Part shown: piece after piece, positions 1-9,538 of the stretch
Numbering within the stretch: position 1 is the first letter of the stretch
Layout: each line of letters starts with the position of its first letter
Assembly (NCBI GenBank): GCA_965226495.1
Contig: OZ245365.1
Coordinates: 5,216,001-5,280,000, forward strand
DNA: 64,000 bases
Origin: Candidatus Marinacidobacterales bacterium
GTDB taxonomy: Bacteria; Acidobacteriota; Vicinamibacteria; Marinacidobacterales; DATDRI01
Direction: 5' to 3'
Program-made: the position numbers and the translations under genes
Notes under the pieces: model-generated
Databases searched by the model: none
Told to the model about the DNA's origin: nothing
What the model saw: the letters and a program-made list of their open reading frames with translations, nothing else

Positions 1-1232
1 ATCTGGCGAAGGGCCTTGATGTCTTGGGTCGGATCCATCGGCACCGCGATGATGTCGGCGTACTTGCCGACCTCGATGGAACCGATGTCCTTGTCGGCAT
101 CGAGAAGTTTGGCGGTCTCGATCGTCCCGGAGCGCAGCGCTTGGAGGGGCGTCATCCCCGCCGCGACGTAGTACTCGGCTTCTCGCACCGTGGCGATCGT
201 CCCATCGTTGGGCTCCTGAGGAAGCTGATCGGTGCCGAGGGCGATCTTGACTCCTACCTCGATGGCCGTCTGAAGCATTTTCCAGTGCTCCTTGCCCACC
301 GAGTCACGGCGTTTGAGATACCACTCCGGCGATCCGATCTTCTCGAAGAAAGGCGCGGTGGCCGGCTGGGTGACCACCATCGTCGGCACCAGCCAGGTGC
401 CATGCTCCTTCATTTTCACCAGGGTCTCGCGATCGAGCGTGTAGCCGTGCTCGATGCAATCGATCCCCAACTCCACCGCCGTCGTCGTCGCTTGCGAAGA
501 ACCGGAGTGAGCGGTGACCTTTCTGCCAAACCTGTGGGCGGCATCGATCACTGCTTCCATCTCTTCCGGCGTCATGGTGGCTTTCCCGATCGCGCCGCTT
601 TGGGTCGCGATGCCCCCCGAAATCATGATCTTGATCCACACCGCCCCAGCCGCGACGCGCTGCCGCACCGCTTTCATCAACTCATAGGGACCGTCGTAGG
701 TGACTTCGCCGGCGCCGTGGCCTGCGGTGATGGGAACGGACTCACCGGCGCTGAAGATGCGCGGACCGATGGCCTGCCCCTTGTCGATAGCCTTTTTGAG
801 AGCAATCGCCGCGGAACGGCTGTCACCGGGCGGCCGCACCGTGGTCACCCCGGCCAGAAGGGATCCGCGCGCATTGTCCGCAACGCGGAGTGCCAGCTCG
901 GTGTCTTTTTCATTCGCCAGCTCGGCCTGCATCTTGCCCGGAAGAATGAACCCGAAATGCTGATGCATGTTCATCAGATCCGGAACGAGCCACATGCCGT
1001 CGGCACGGAGCACTTCCGCGCCGTTGGGAACGCGCGTACTCCCGGCTGGGCCTATCGCGGAGATGCGCTCGCCTTCGATGACGACGACGCCGTCTCGAAT
1101 CGGAGCTCCGCCATCGAGATCGACGATGTTCGCCCCGACGATCGCCTTCACTTGAGACTCCGCCGTCTGCGGCGACAAGACAGAGAGTGCCGCCGCAGAC
1201 AGCCCAATCAGAGCGGCCTGAATTTGCTGCAT
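1..1232 (-). CDS. Secreted metal-dependent amidohydrolase (Xaa-Pro dipeptidase-like), 3' end runs off the window
   Basis: Read manually on the minus strand from ATG 1232: MQQIQAALIGLSAAALSVLSPQTAESQVKAIVGANIVD...MNMHQHFG...WIKIM...AHSG...IEHG...GTDQ. Colinear with the adjacent amidohydrolase. Absent from the ORF track because it has no stop in the window. Confidence 0.88.
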   Translation of the reverse strand, partial: MQQIQAALIGLSAAALSVLSPQTAESQVKAIVGANIVDLDGGAPIRDGVVVIEGERISAIGPAGSTRVPNGAEVLRADGMWLVPDLMNMHQHFGFILPGKMQAELANEKDTELALRVADNARGSLLAGVTTVRPPGDSRSAAIALKKAIDKGQAIGPRIFSAGESVPITAGHGAGEVTYDGPYELMKAVRQRVAAGAVWIKIMISGGIATQSGAIGKATMTPEEMEAVIDAAHRFGRKVTAHSGSSQATTTAVELGIDCIEHGYTLDRETLVKMKEHGTWLVPTMVVTQPATAPFFEKIGSPEWYLKRRDSVGKEHWKMLQTAIEVGVKIALGTDQLPQEPNDGTIATVREAEYYVAAGMTPLQALRSGTIETAKLLDADKDIGSIEVGKYADIIAVPMDPTQDIKALRQ

Positions 1233-1252
1233 TTTGAACCAGCCTGCTTTCT

Positions 1253-2566
1253 CTATTGGCCGGAAGCCCGGCTCCCGGTAGCCATGTCGTTGCGATACAC
1301 CTCGCCGCCCTTCATCACGAACTGAATCTGGCGAAGAGCCATGATGTCCGCCGTCGGATCCATCGGCACCGCCAAGATGTCCGCGTACTTGCCCACTTCG
1401 ATGGAGCCAATGTCGTTATCGGCATCGAGAAGCTTCGCCGTTTCAATGGTCCCGGATCGCAAAGCTTGAAGTGGCGTCATGCCCGCCTCGACGTAGTACT
1501 GAGCCTCTCGAACGGTGGATGTCGTCCCATCGTTTGGCTCATGAGGCATTTGATCCGTACCGAGGCCGATGTTGACGCCGACTTCAACGGCCGTCTGAAG
1601 CATCTTCCAATGCTCCTTACCGACCGAATCGCGGCGCTTCAGATACCACTCGGGAGATCCGATCTTCTCGAAGAAAGGAGCAGTAGCCGGCTGACTGACG
1701 ACGATGGTCGGCACCAGCCAAACACCATTCGCTTTCATTTTCTCTAGCGTGGGACGATCGAGAAAGTAGCCATGCTCGATGCAGTCGATCCCCAGATCAA
1801 CAGCGGTCGTCGTCGCTTGCGGGGAGCCGGAATGGGCAGTAACCTTTCTTCCGAATCGGTGCGCGGCATCGATCACCGCTTCCATCTCTTCTGGCGTCAT
1901 CGTGGCTTCCGCGATCGCGCCGCCTTGGCTCGCGATGCCTCCGGAGATCATGATCTTGATCCAACTTGCCCCGTCGGTCACGCGTTCTCGTACCGCTTTC
2001 ATAAGCTCGTACGGACCATCGTAGGTTTCGCCATGTCTCGACCCGTGGCCGGCGGTGATTGGAACACTATCGCTGGGGCTGAAGATGCGAGGCCCAATCG
2101 CCTGGCCCTTCTTGATCGCCTTATCGAGGGCAATCGATGCGGCGTGAGTGTCACCGGTGCTCCGTATGGTGGTGACGCCCGATAGAAGCGATAACCGCGC
2201 GTTGTAGGCAACCCGCAGAGCGAGCTCGGTTTGTTTCTCGTCGGCCAATTCGGCCGCCATCTTGCCGGGCAGCTTGAGGCCGAAGTGGACATGCATGTTC
2301 ATGAGGCCAGGAACGAGCCACATGCCGTCGGCGTGAATCACCTCCGCACCGGTTGGAACGCGGGTACTCGAAGCCGGGCCAATGGCGGAAATCCGCTCGT
2401 CCACGATCACCACCACCGCATCACGAATCGGCTCCCCGCCGTCGATATCGACGACGTTAGCCCCCACGATGGCCCTGACAACGGAGTCGTCGGAATCACC
2501 AGATTGGGCCGCCGCACCCACCGCGGTCGACAGCACCAAGATCAGAACGCTTGTTAGCCTTTGCAT
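1253..2566 (-). CDS. Secreted metal-dependent amidohydrolase (Xaa-Pro dipeptidase-like)
   Basis: HxH (MHVH), carboxylated-Lys region WIKIM, HSG, EHG, GTD and the C-terminal GSIEVGKYADI motif. Signal peptide from ATG 2566. Confidence 0.9.
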   Translation of the reverse strand: MQRLTSVLILVLSTAVGAAAQSGDSDDSVVRAIVGANVVDIDGGEPIRDAVVVIVDERISAIGPASSTRVPTGAEVIHADGMWLVPGLMNMHVHFGLKLPGKMAAELADEKQTELALRVAYNARLSLLSGVTTIRSTGDTHAASIALDKAIKKGQAIGPRIFSPSDSVPITAGHGSRHGETYDGPYELMKAVRERVTDGASWIKIMISGGIASQGGAIAEATMTPEEMEAVIDAAHRFGRKVTAHSGSPQATTTAVDLGIDCIEHGYFLDRPTLEKMKANGVWLVPTIVVSQPATAPFFEKIGSPEWYLKRRDSVGKEHWKMLQTAVEVGVNIGLGTDQMPHEPNDGTTSTVREAQYYVEAGMTPLQALRSGTIETAKLLDADNDIGSIEVGKYADILAVPMDPTADIMALRQIQFVMKGGEVYRNDMATGSRASGQ

Positions 2567-2685
2567 ACTGAATACCTCCCTGTCCGAAAGCACTTGTAAA
2601 CCGGCAGCACTCTGCCGTCAAGGGCCGGGGGGGCGTGGCGAGACGCGTCTCAATGTGGTTCTATAATGATGAAGGAGAACTCAGG

Positions 2686-3444
2686 ATGGGCGCGAAACTC
2701 TTTTTGGGGAAATTCCTGCTGGTGAGCGGCTGCTGGATGGTTGCTGGATCTGTCTCTGCGGAAGCTACTGCAAAAGAAGAACGCTTCCAATGGCGGGGAC
2801 AAGTGGACGGCGTGGACGAGATCATGATCCGGGGTAGCTCCATTCGCATCAAGCACCTCGAAGCCAAGCCCATCCAACGCCAGGACCATCGCTTCAGCGC
2901 CCCGCTCCCGAGTCGCGAGGTTCATCTCAAGCTCAACAAGATCAAAGGGCGAGGCGATGTGCGGCTCATCGAGGAACCGAGCTCGTGGAACGACTATACC
3001 GCGGTGGTCCGAGTGGACGACGGCAAGCAGATGGGGGACGACGACTACGAGTTCGAGCTCGTCTGGCGGAGCGACGACTGGGATGACTGGGAGAACGACG
3101 ATTGGGATGACGAAGATGATTGGGACGATTTCGACAATCGCCGAGAAGGTGTCTTTCGGTGGGAAGGACGCGTCGACATCGGCGCCGAGATCGAGATCCG
3201 CGGCGACCAGCATGGCGTGAAAGACATGGGTGGCCAAGGGACCGAGGAGCGTCGCGCCCGCTTCCAGTCTCCCCTGCCCGAACGCGAGGTGCCGGTATCG
3301 CTCCACAAGATCGACGGCCGGGGTGACGTGGAGCTCCTCCAGACCCCGAGCTCCGCGAACGACTACACTGCGGTCGTGAAGATAGAGGATGACAAGATGG
3401 GTGCCGATACCTACGAGTTTGAGTTGACGTGGCCACGCAGATAG
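2686..3444 (+). CDS. Secreted hypothetical protein with two tandem homologous beta-domains and an acidic Trp/Asp linker
   Basis: SD GAAGGAG before ATG 2686 and a signal peptide. Internal repeat F(Q/R)W(R/E)G(Q/R)VD...F(S/Q)(A/S)PLPxREV...GRGDV...NDYTAVV...DD...YEFELxW occurs twice. Confidence 0.8.
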   Translation: MGAKLFLGKFLLVSGCWMVAGSVSAEATAKEERFQWRGQVDGVDEIMIRGSSIRIKHLEAKPIQRQDHRFSAPLPSREVHLKLNKIKGRGDVRLIEEPSSWNDYTAVVRVDDGKQMGDDDYEFELVWRSDDWDDWENDDWDDEDDWDDFDNRREGVFRWEGRVDIGAEIEIRGDQHGVKDMGGQGTEERRARFQSPLPEREVPVSLHKIDGRGDVELLQTPSSANDYTAVVKIEDDKMGADTYEFELTWPRR

Positions 3445-3522
3445 AAGTGTTGGGCGCTTCAGATACTCCGTCTTAGGGAATTTCGGGGATTCCCATTTCA
3501 GAAAATTGCCCGGTGGGACCAA

Positions 3523-4410
3523 ATGAAAATTCAAATCTTGTTGATCCTAGCGTTCCCCGCTAGCCTCGCGCTGGCACAATCAGAAGCGCCCTCGCCGGAG
3601 GAGCTCGCGAACTGCTCCTATCAAGGGATCTATGACGATGCAGTTCAGCTCGAGAACGGCTCGTTCGAGGGCGAGCCCTTCGTCCCTGGGGGTGCGTCTC
3701 GCCCGTCGGTCCGGCTGGTCCGCGATTTCCGGTTGACAGGCGATCTGGACGGAGACGGGCAGGACGAAGCCGTCGTTCTCCTCGCGGAGAGTTCCGGAGG
3801 AACCGGGACAAACTACTATCTGGCCGCGGTCGGCCGACGCGATGGCTCTACCATGAACCTCGGCACTGCCTTGGTGGGGGATCGCGTTCAGGTCATGGAC
3901 GCGCGCGTCATCAAAGAGCGCGTGGTGCTCGACGTCGTTCAAGCAGGCCCCAAGGACCCCATGTGTTGTCCATCTCAAAAAGCCACACGGAGCTGGTCAT
4001 TCACAGCGTCTGGATTCGCCGAGAGCGAGCCGAGGTTCACCGGAACGTTTTCCCTCGAAGACCTCGAAGGTGTGGAGTGGATCCTAACCCACCTCGCGTG
4101 GGACGAGCCAGCGCCGGCGGAGCCGAAGGTGACTCTGAAGGTCGAGGGCAATCGCGTGAGCGGGGTGGGTGGCTGTAATCGCTACTTCGCCGATGTCCAA
4201 AGCGCATCAGCCGGTGAGTTGCAGGTGGGACCCATCGGCGGCACGTGGATGATTTGCTCCGGAGATGCCATGGAGCTCGAATTCCGCTACCACGATGCCC
4301 TCGTCGGAGCGCTGAAGTACGGCTTCGTGGCGGGCAAGCTTTCACTAACGACCAAGGAAGGCGAGGTCTACGGGACGCTTCTCTTCCAGCGTGGAGAAGG
4401 AGCACAGTGA
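3523..4410 (+). CDS. Secreted META (HslJ-like) domain protein
   Basis: Signal peptide. C-terminal W...VSGVGGCNRY...GPIGGTWMIC...E META signature. Confidence 0.85.
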   Translation: MKIQILLILAFPASLALAQSEAPSPEELANCSYQGIYDDAVQLENGSFEGEPFVPGGASRPSVRLVRDFRLTGDLDGDGQDEAVVLLAESSGGTGTNYYLAAVGRRDGSTMNLGTALVGDRVQVMDARVIKERVVLDVVQAGPKDPMCCPSQKATRSWSFTASGFAESEPRFTGTFSLEDLEGVEWILTHLAWDEPAPAEPKVTLKVEGNRVSGVGGCNRYFADVQSASAGELQVGPIGGTWMICSGDAMELEFRYHDALVGALKYGFVAGKLSLTTKEGEVYGTLLFQRGEGAQ

Positions 4411-4476
4411 AGGCAACGCCACTCGTAAGTGTCGTCGCCATCGAGCTCGCGATTACATCGACCTAAAAAATTGGAC

Positions 4477-4872
4477 CTACGCTGCCGACGGGCCTTGATA
4501 CCTGGCATCACCGAACCCCAATATCATGATGAAGATAGGGGCTAACAAGATGAGCCCAATCGCGAAGCCGACCCCCTTGCCGAAGGACTTGGCTAGGTCG
4601 ATATTAATGATGATGGCGAAAATGAAGTTGACGAACGGGATCATGGCCAGGATCAGCCACCACCATGGCCGGCCGACGATCTTGAGCAGCACGATGATGT
4701 TGTAGAAGGGTACCAGGATGGCCCACCCCGGCTCCCCCGCCTTGGTGAAGACTCGCCAGAACGCGGCGAGAATGGCAACCACGAACACCAAATAAACCGC
4801 CCAGAATAGCGGGCCCGGCCCTTCGTATGTTTGCTCTTGCAAGGAAACCATCATCGTCAGCAGGTTCGTCAT
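4477..4872 (-). CDS. DUF5684-like small membrane protein
   Basis: WRVFTKAGEPGWAILVPFYN...GRPWWW...LAKSFGKGVGF...LGFGDARY family pattern. Confidence 0.85.
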   Translation of the reverse strand: MTNLLTMMVSLQEQTYEGPGPLFWAVYLVFVVAILAAFWRVFTKAGEPGWAILVPFYNIIVLLKIVGRPWWWLILAMIPFVNFIFAIIINIDLAKSFGKGVGFAIGLILLAPIFIMILGFGDARYQGPSAA

Positions 4873-5137
4873 GGTTTTTTCCCCTTAGATCTCACTTTCT
4901 TGAACTTGGAAACTAGAATCGGAGTTCGCTCACGGGTGAATGCCGCATAGTACTACTTGACCGCCCGAGAAAACCTCCCGAGCACTCCATCTGTTGCGTA
5001 ATTCTTCTCATCAACCCCAATAGATAGTGTCCGTTTTGTGATTTGACGGGGCCCGGAACCCGTTTTGACCGGCCTCCGGACTCATGCTAGTCTCGGTAAT
5101 CCCCGACAGTTCACGTAAGGTTGATTTAGGTAAATAT

Positions 5138-6394
5138 ATGATAAAAAAAGACTTACTGGATAATGGACTCACCGTGGTGACGGAGGCCATGCCCCACGTC
5201 CGCTCCGTAGCGATCGGGATCTGGCTCCGCCGGGGAAGCCGCCACGAGCAGCGGGTCAAGGGGGGTATCTCCCATTTCATCGAGCATATGGTGTTCAAAG
5301 GAACCACCCGCCGCACCCAGGTCGAGATCGCCCAGGAGATGGACGCGATCGGGGGTCAGACCGACGCCTTCACATCCAAGGAATACGCCAGTTTCAATGC
5401 CAAGGTGCTCGACGAGCACGTCCCGCAAGTAGTTGACCTCTTGGCGGATATCGTGCTCAATCCGAGCTTCGATCCACAGGAGCTCGAGCGGGAGCGAAAA
5501 GTCATCTTCGAAGAGATCAAAATGGTGGAGGACACTCCCGATGACCTCGTCCACGAGATCTTTATCGAGTCGTTCTGGCCTGATCACCCACTTGGACTCC
5601 CCATTCTTGGCACGGAGGAGACGGTCGCGGCGCTCGATCGCGACCAGCTCCTGAGGTTCTTCCGGGAAACCTACACCCCCGCCAACCTCATCGTGTCGGC
5701 GGCCGGGAATTTGGACCACGAGAAAGTGGTCGACCTCGTCGATAGCCATTTTCGACCCCTACAGCCGAGCCCCAACGGAGTTTATGAGTCTCCGCCGTTG
5801 GTTGACGCGGCGATGCGCTTCCGGGAAAAGGACCTGGAGCAGGTCCATCTGGTCCTGGGCACCGTCGCGCCCCATCAGAGCCATATCGACCGGTATACCT
5901 GTTACGTGTTGAACACGATCCTGGGTGGGACGATGAGCTCGCGACTCTTCCAGGTGATTCGGGAGAAACGAGGCCTGGCCTATAGCGTCTATTCCGGTCT
6001 CAGCTGCTATCGGGATGCCGGCAATCTCACCATCTACGCGGCCACCAGTCCTCAGACCAGTGCCCAGGTCGTTGACCTGGTGCTCGAGGAGCTGCGCCGG
6101 ATCCGCCGTGAGCCGGTCGGGGACAAGGAGCTACGCCGTGCCAAGGACCACCTCAAGGGAAGCATCATGCTGGGATTGGAAGGTACCGGTTCTCGCATGT
6201 CCCAGCTGGCGCAGCACGAGATGTATTTCGGGCGGCAGATCTCGCTAGACGAGACGCTCGCCGCTATCGAGAACGTGAACCGCGAGGAGATCATGCGGTT
6301 GGCAGGGGAATTGTTCGATGAAAGGCCGCTCGGTTTGACGGCGGTCGGCAATTTGGCCAAACTAAAACCGCTGCCGGAGCAATTGGTTGCCTAA
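5138..6394 (+). CDS. M16 family (pitrilysin-like) zinc peptidase
   Basis: HxxEH (HFIEH), MVFKGT and GG-MSSRLFQ-IRE-RGLAY motifs. Confidence 0.93.
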   Translation: MIKKDLLDNGLTVVTEAMPHVRSVAIGIWLRRGSRHEQRVKGGISHFIEHMVFKGTTRRTQVEIAQEMDAIGGQTDAFTSKEYASFNAKVLDEHVPQVVDLLADIVLNPSFDPQELERERKVIFEEIKMVEDTPDDLVHEIFIESFWPDHPLGLPILGTEETVAALDRDQLLRFFRETYTPANLIVSAAGNLDHEKVVDLVDSHFRPLQPSPNGVYESPPLVDAAMRFREKDLEQVHLVLGTVAPHQSHIDRYTCYVLNTILGGTMSSRLFQVIREKRGLAYSVYSGLSCYRDAGNLTIYAATSPQTSAQVVDLVLEELRRIRREPVGDKELRRAKDHLKGSIMLGLEGTGSRMSQLAQHEMYFGRQISLDETLAAIENVNREEIMRLAGELFDERPLGLTAVGNLAKLKPLPEQLVA

Positions 6395-6445
6395 AACTCT
6401 ACCGTTCGGGGACCTCGATCAGTATACTGTTCCCGGAGGTTTCCC

Positions 6446-7285
6446 ATAGCCCTACAGATATCCGTTCTGGGCAGCGGCAGTAGCGGTAACGTCACGTTTG
6501 TCTCCAACGGCTCGGAGAACATCCTCATTGATGCCGGTTTAGCCTGCCGGGAAATAGAAAAACGGCTGGCGACCCTCGGAGTTCAGCCAAACGCCATCAC
6601 CGCTCTCTTGCTCTCTCACGAGCACCACGACCATGCCCGGGCCGCATTGCCCTTCGCCCGAAAGCATCGAACGCCGATCTTCGCCACCGAGGGCACCTTC
6701 CACCGACTCAAGGACCGGTCCGCTGAGAAGTACAAGAAGGTGGAATGGCTTCGCCTGAAAGCTAATCGCAGCTTGAAGCTGGCGAAGATGGTGGTAGACA
6801 TCTTCCCAACGCCGCACGATGCAGTGGAGCCGGTAGGATTCGCGGTCCGGCAAGGACAACTACGGTTTTCTCATGTCACGGATATTGGCCATATCTCGCA
6901 AGCGGTGGAAGAAGCGCTCCGAGGATCTCAGGCGATCCTCGTCGAGTCCAATCATGACGTGGATATGCTTCGACAGGGGCCCTACCCTGATTCCTTGAAA
7001 CAGAGGGTGGGAAGCCGTTTGGGTCACCTCTCGAACGAGGCGTTGGCCGTCTATCTGGAGCAGAGACTCCCGATGTCGGTCCGACATCTTTTCCTCGCTC
7101 ATATTTCCCGCACCAACAACCACGAGAGCCTTGCTATAGGGGCGTGCCGGGAAGCGCTTCAAAGAAGGGGCGACCCCGTACCGATGATCCACTTGACGTA
7201 TCCCGATCGACCCACGCACCTCCTTCGGCTCAGGGATCCTCGCCGGGCCGAAGTCAATAATCGACAACGGGTCCTCGCCTTTTAA
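6446..7285 (+). CDS. MBL-fold metallo-hydrolase, YycJ/WalJ (PhnP-like) family; apparent ATA start
   Basis: Frame is open upstream of the ORF-track start: ALQISVLGSGSSGN...LIDAG...SHEHHDH...PHDA...TDIG...ESNHD...GHLSN...HIS. SD GGAGGT lies 5 nt before ATA 6446. Confidence 0.85.
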   Translation: MALQISVLGSGSSGNVTFVSNGSENILIDAGLACREIEKRLATLGVQPNAITALLLSHEHHDHARAALPFARKHRTPIFATEGTFHRLKDRSAEKYKKVEWLRLKANRSLKLAKMVVDIFPTPHDAVEPVGFAVRQGQLRFSHVTDIGHISQAVEEALRGSQAILVESNHDVDMLRQGPYPDSLKQRVGSRLGHLSNEALAVYLEQRLPMSVRHLFLAHISRTNNHESLAIGACREALQRRGDPVPMIHLTYPDRPTHLLRLRDPRRAEVNNRQRVLAF

Positions 7286-7299
7286 CGGGAGGAGCGGGG

Positions 7300-8607
7300 A
7301 TGCTGACCGACCGCTACACACACCCCCAAATGGGGGATCTTTGGAGCGAACAGAAGAAGTTCGAGACGTGGTTGGCGGTCGAGATAGCGGCCGCCGAAGC
7401 GATGGCCGCCGAAGGCATCGTTCCCACTGAAGCCGTAGGAGAGATCAAGAAAAAGGCCAGTTTCTCCATCGAGCGCATCGACGAGATCGAGCGTGACGTC
7501 AAGCACGATGTGGTCGCTTTTACGACCGCCGTCGCGGAGACGGTAGGCGACGCCAGCCGCTGGATCCACTTCGGTCTCACCAGCTCCGATGTCGTCGATA
7601 CCGCCTTGGGGCTGAGACTTCGAGACGCCGCCGACCTCATCTTGGACGACGTCGACGCTCTCCTCAGTGTCCTCCGCAATCGAGCCTTGGATCACAAGCG
7701 CACGCTGATGGTCGGGCGGACGCACGGCGTCCATGCGGAGCCCATGACCTTCGGTTTAAAGCTAGCGCTTTGGTACGCCGAGGTCGCTCGGAGCCGCGAG
7801 CGCGTGGCCCGGGCCCGCGATGGGGTTGCCGTCGGAAAGCTCTCCGGAGCCGTAGGCACCTTTGCGCACCTATCTCCCAGCATCGAAGAGAAGACCTGTA
7901 GAAGCCTCGGGTTGAAACCAGCCCCGATTTCTTCACAGATACTCGGCCGCGATCGTCACGCGGAGATGCTCGGCGCTCTTGCGATCCTCGCCAGCACTCT
8001 CGACCGGATCGCCACCGAGATCCGAGGCCTGCAGCGAACCGAGATCCGGGAGGTGGAGGAGTTCTTCGACAAGAAACAAAAGGGCTCGTCCTCCATGCCC
8101 CACAAGCGAAACCCGGTGTCTTGCGAACAGGTCTCGGGACTGGCCCGCGTCATTCGCGCCAACCTGCAAACGGCGCTCGAAAACATACCGCTCTGGCACG
8201 AGAGAGACATCTCTCACTCTTCGGCGGAGCGGATGATCCTCCCCTCGAGCTTCATCTTGACCGACCACATACTTCGGAAGATGACGAGTGTCGTGGATAA
8301 TCTCATCGTTTACCCGGAGCGCATGCGGCAGAATCTCGAGTCCATGGGTGGGCTCGTCTTCAGCGGGCAAGTGTTATTGGAGCTAGCGAAACGTGGGCTC
8401 TCGAGAGAAGAGGCTTACAAGATCGTCCAGCGCAATGCGATGGCGGTCTGGAGCGACAAAAGTAACCGGGAAGACTTCAAATCTCTCCTCGCCAAGGACC
8501 CCGAGATTCAGGAACGACTCTCGCCGGAGGAGCTCGAAGCAACCTTCGATTACGACAACCAAATACGACAAGTCGATTCCATTTTGGAAAGAGTGTTCGA
8601 GTCTTGA
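7300..8607 (+). CDS. purB: Adenylosuccinate lyase
   Basis: KHDV, GRTHGVHAEP and the GSSSMPHKRNP signature; first gene of the pur cluster. Confidence 0.97.
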   Translation: MLTDRYTHPQMGDLWSEQKKFETWLAVEIAAAEAMAAEGIVPTEAVGEIKKKASFSIERIDEIERDVKHDVVAFTTAVAETVGDASRWIHFGLTSSDVVDTALGLRLRDAADLILDDVDALLSVLRNRALDHKRTLMVGRTHGVHAEPMTFGLKLALWYAEVARSRERVARARDGVAVGKLSGAVGTFAHLSPSIEEKTCRSLGLKPAPISSQILGRDRHAEMLGALAILASTLDRIATEIRGLQRTEIREVEEFFDKKQKGSSSMPHKRNPVSCEQVSGLARVIRANLQTALENIPLWHERDISHSSAERMILPSSFILTDHILRKMTSVVDNLIVYPERMRQNLESMGGLVFSGQVLLELAKRGLSREEAYKIVQRNAMAVWSDKSNREDFKSLLAKDPEIQERLSPEELEATFDYDNQIRQVDSILERVFES

Positions 8608-8846
8608 GAGCTAAAGTCTTCGTACGGCTGAAGCCCTCCGTCCATGACCCGCAGGGCGAAACCATCCGGGGTGCCCTCGAGACCATGGGTTACCAAGGTG
8701 TCTCCGACGTACGCCAAGGCAAGTACTTCGAGATGTCTCTGGTTGCCTCTTCGCGGGAAGAGGCAGAGAGCCAGGTTCGCGAGATCGCGAACCGCGTTCT
8801 GTCGAACCCGGTCATCGAGACGTTCGAAGTGGAGATCCTAGACTGA
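8604..8846 (+). CDS. purS: FGAM synthase subunit PurS
   Basis: DPQG...VRQGKYFE...LSNPVIE; TTG start overlaps the purB stop. Confidence 0.95.
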   Translation: MRAKVFVRLKPSVHDPQGETIRGALETMGYQGVSDVRQGKYFEMSLVASSREEAESQVREIANRVLSNPVIETFEVEILD

Positions 8847-9538
8847 TGCCGCGCTTCGCGGTGCTCGTCTTCCCCGGTTCCAATTGTGAAGGGGACGTTC
8901 TCTACGCGCTACGGGATGTGCTCGGTCAAGAAGCGGAGCTGGTTTGGCACAAGGAAACTTCCCTCGATGGTTTCGACGCCGCCTTCCTGCCGGGAGGCTT
9001 CGCTCACGGTGATTATCTCCGGCCCGGTGCCATCGCGCGCTTTTCTCCGATCATGAAGTCGGTTGTCTCGATGGCTGAGGCGGGGAAACCCGTCATCGGA
9101 ATCTGTAACGGCTTTCAGGTCTTGATGGAGGCGGGGCTTCTTCCCGGCGCCATGCTGCGCAACCGGAGCCTTCACTACGTCTGCCGCTATGTGAATCTTC
9201 GCGTGGAAACCACGAAGTCCCCTCTCACCAATACCTGCACCGCAGGGGACGTGCTGCAAGTGCCGATCGGGCACGCCGACGGTAACTTCTTCGCCGACGA
9301 CTCCGAGCTCGAAGAGCTCGAGAAGCGAGGCCGTGTGATGTTCCGGTACTCGACGCCGAGCGGCGAGTTGACCGACGAGGCGAATCCCAACGGCTCGCTT
9401 AACCACATCGCCGGCATCGTGAGCACCGAAGGCAACGTGGTCGGGCTCATGCCACATCTCGATCGTTGCTACGAGCCTGAATTGGGCACCGATCATGGTC
9501 GTCGCCTCTTCCAGAGTCTCATCGCATCGGTCTCATGA
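8846..9538 (+). CDS. purQ: FGAM synthase glutaminase subunit PurQ
   Basis: [29 protein letters not shown]; MPHLDR in place of the usual MPHPER. Confidence 0.96.
   Translation: MPRFAVLVFPGSNCEGDVLYALRDVLGQEAELVWHKETSLDGFDAAFLPGGFAHGDYLRPGAIARFSPIMKSVVSMAEAGKPVIGICNGFQVLMEAGLLPGAMLRNRSLHYVCRYVNLRVETTKSPLTNTCTAGDVLQVPIGHADGNFFADDSELEELEKRGRVMFRYSTPSGELTDEANPNGSLNHIAGIVSTEGNVVGLMPHLDRCYEPELGTDHGRRLFQSLIASVS

Noticed and set aside
24-1325. 433-aa plus-strand ORF
   Set aside because: Antisense shadow of the minus-strand amidohydrolase; no motifs.
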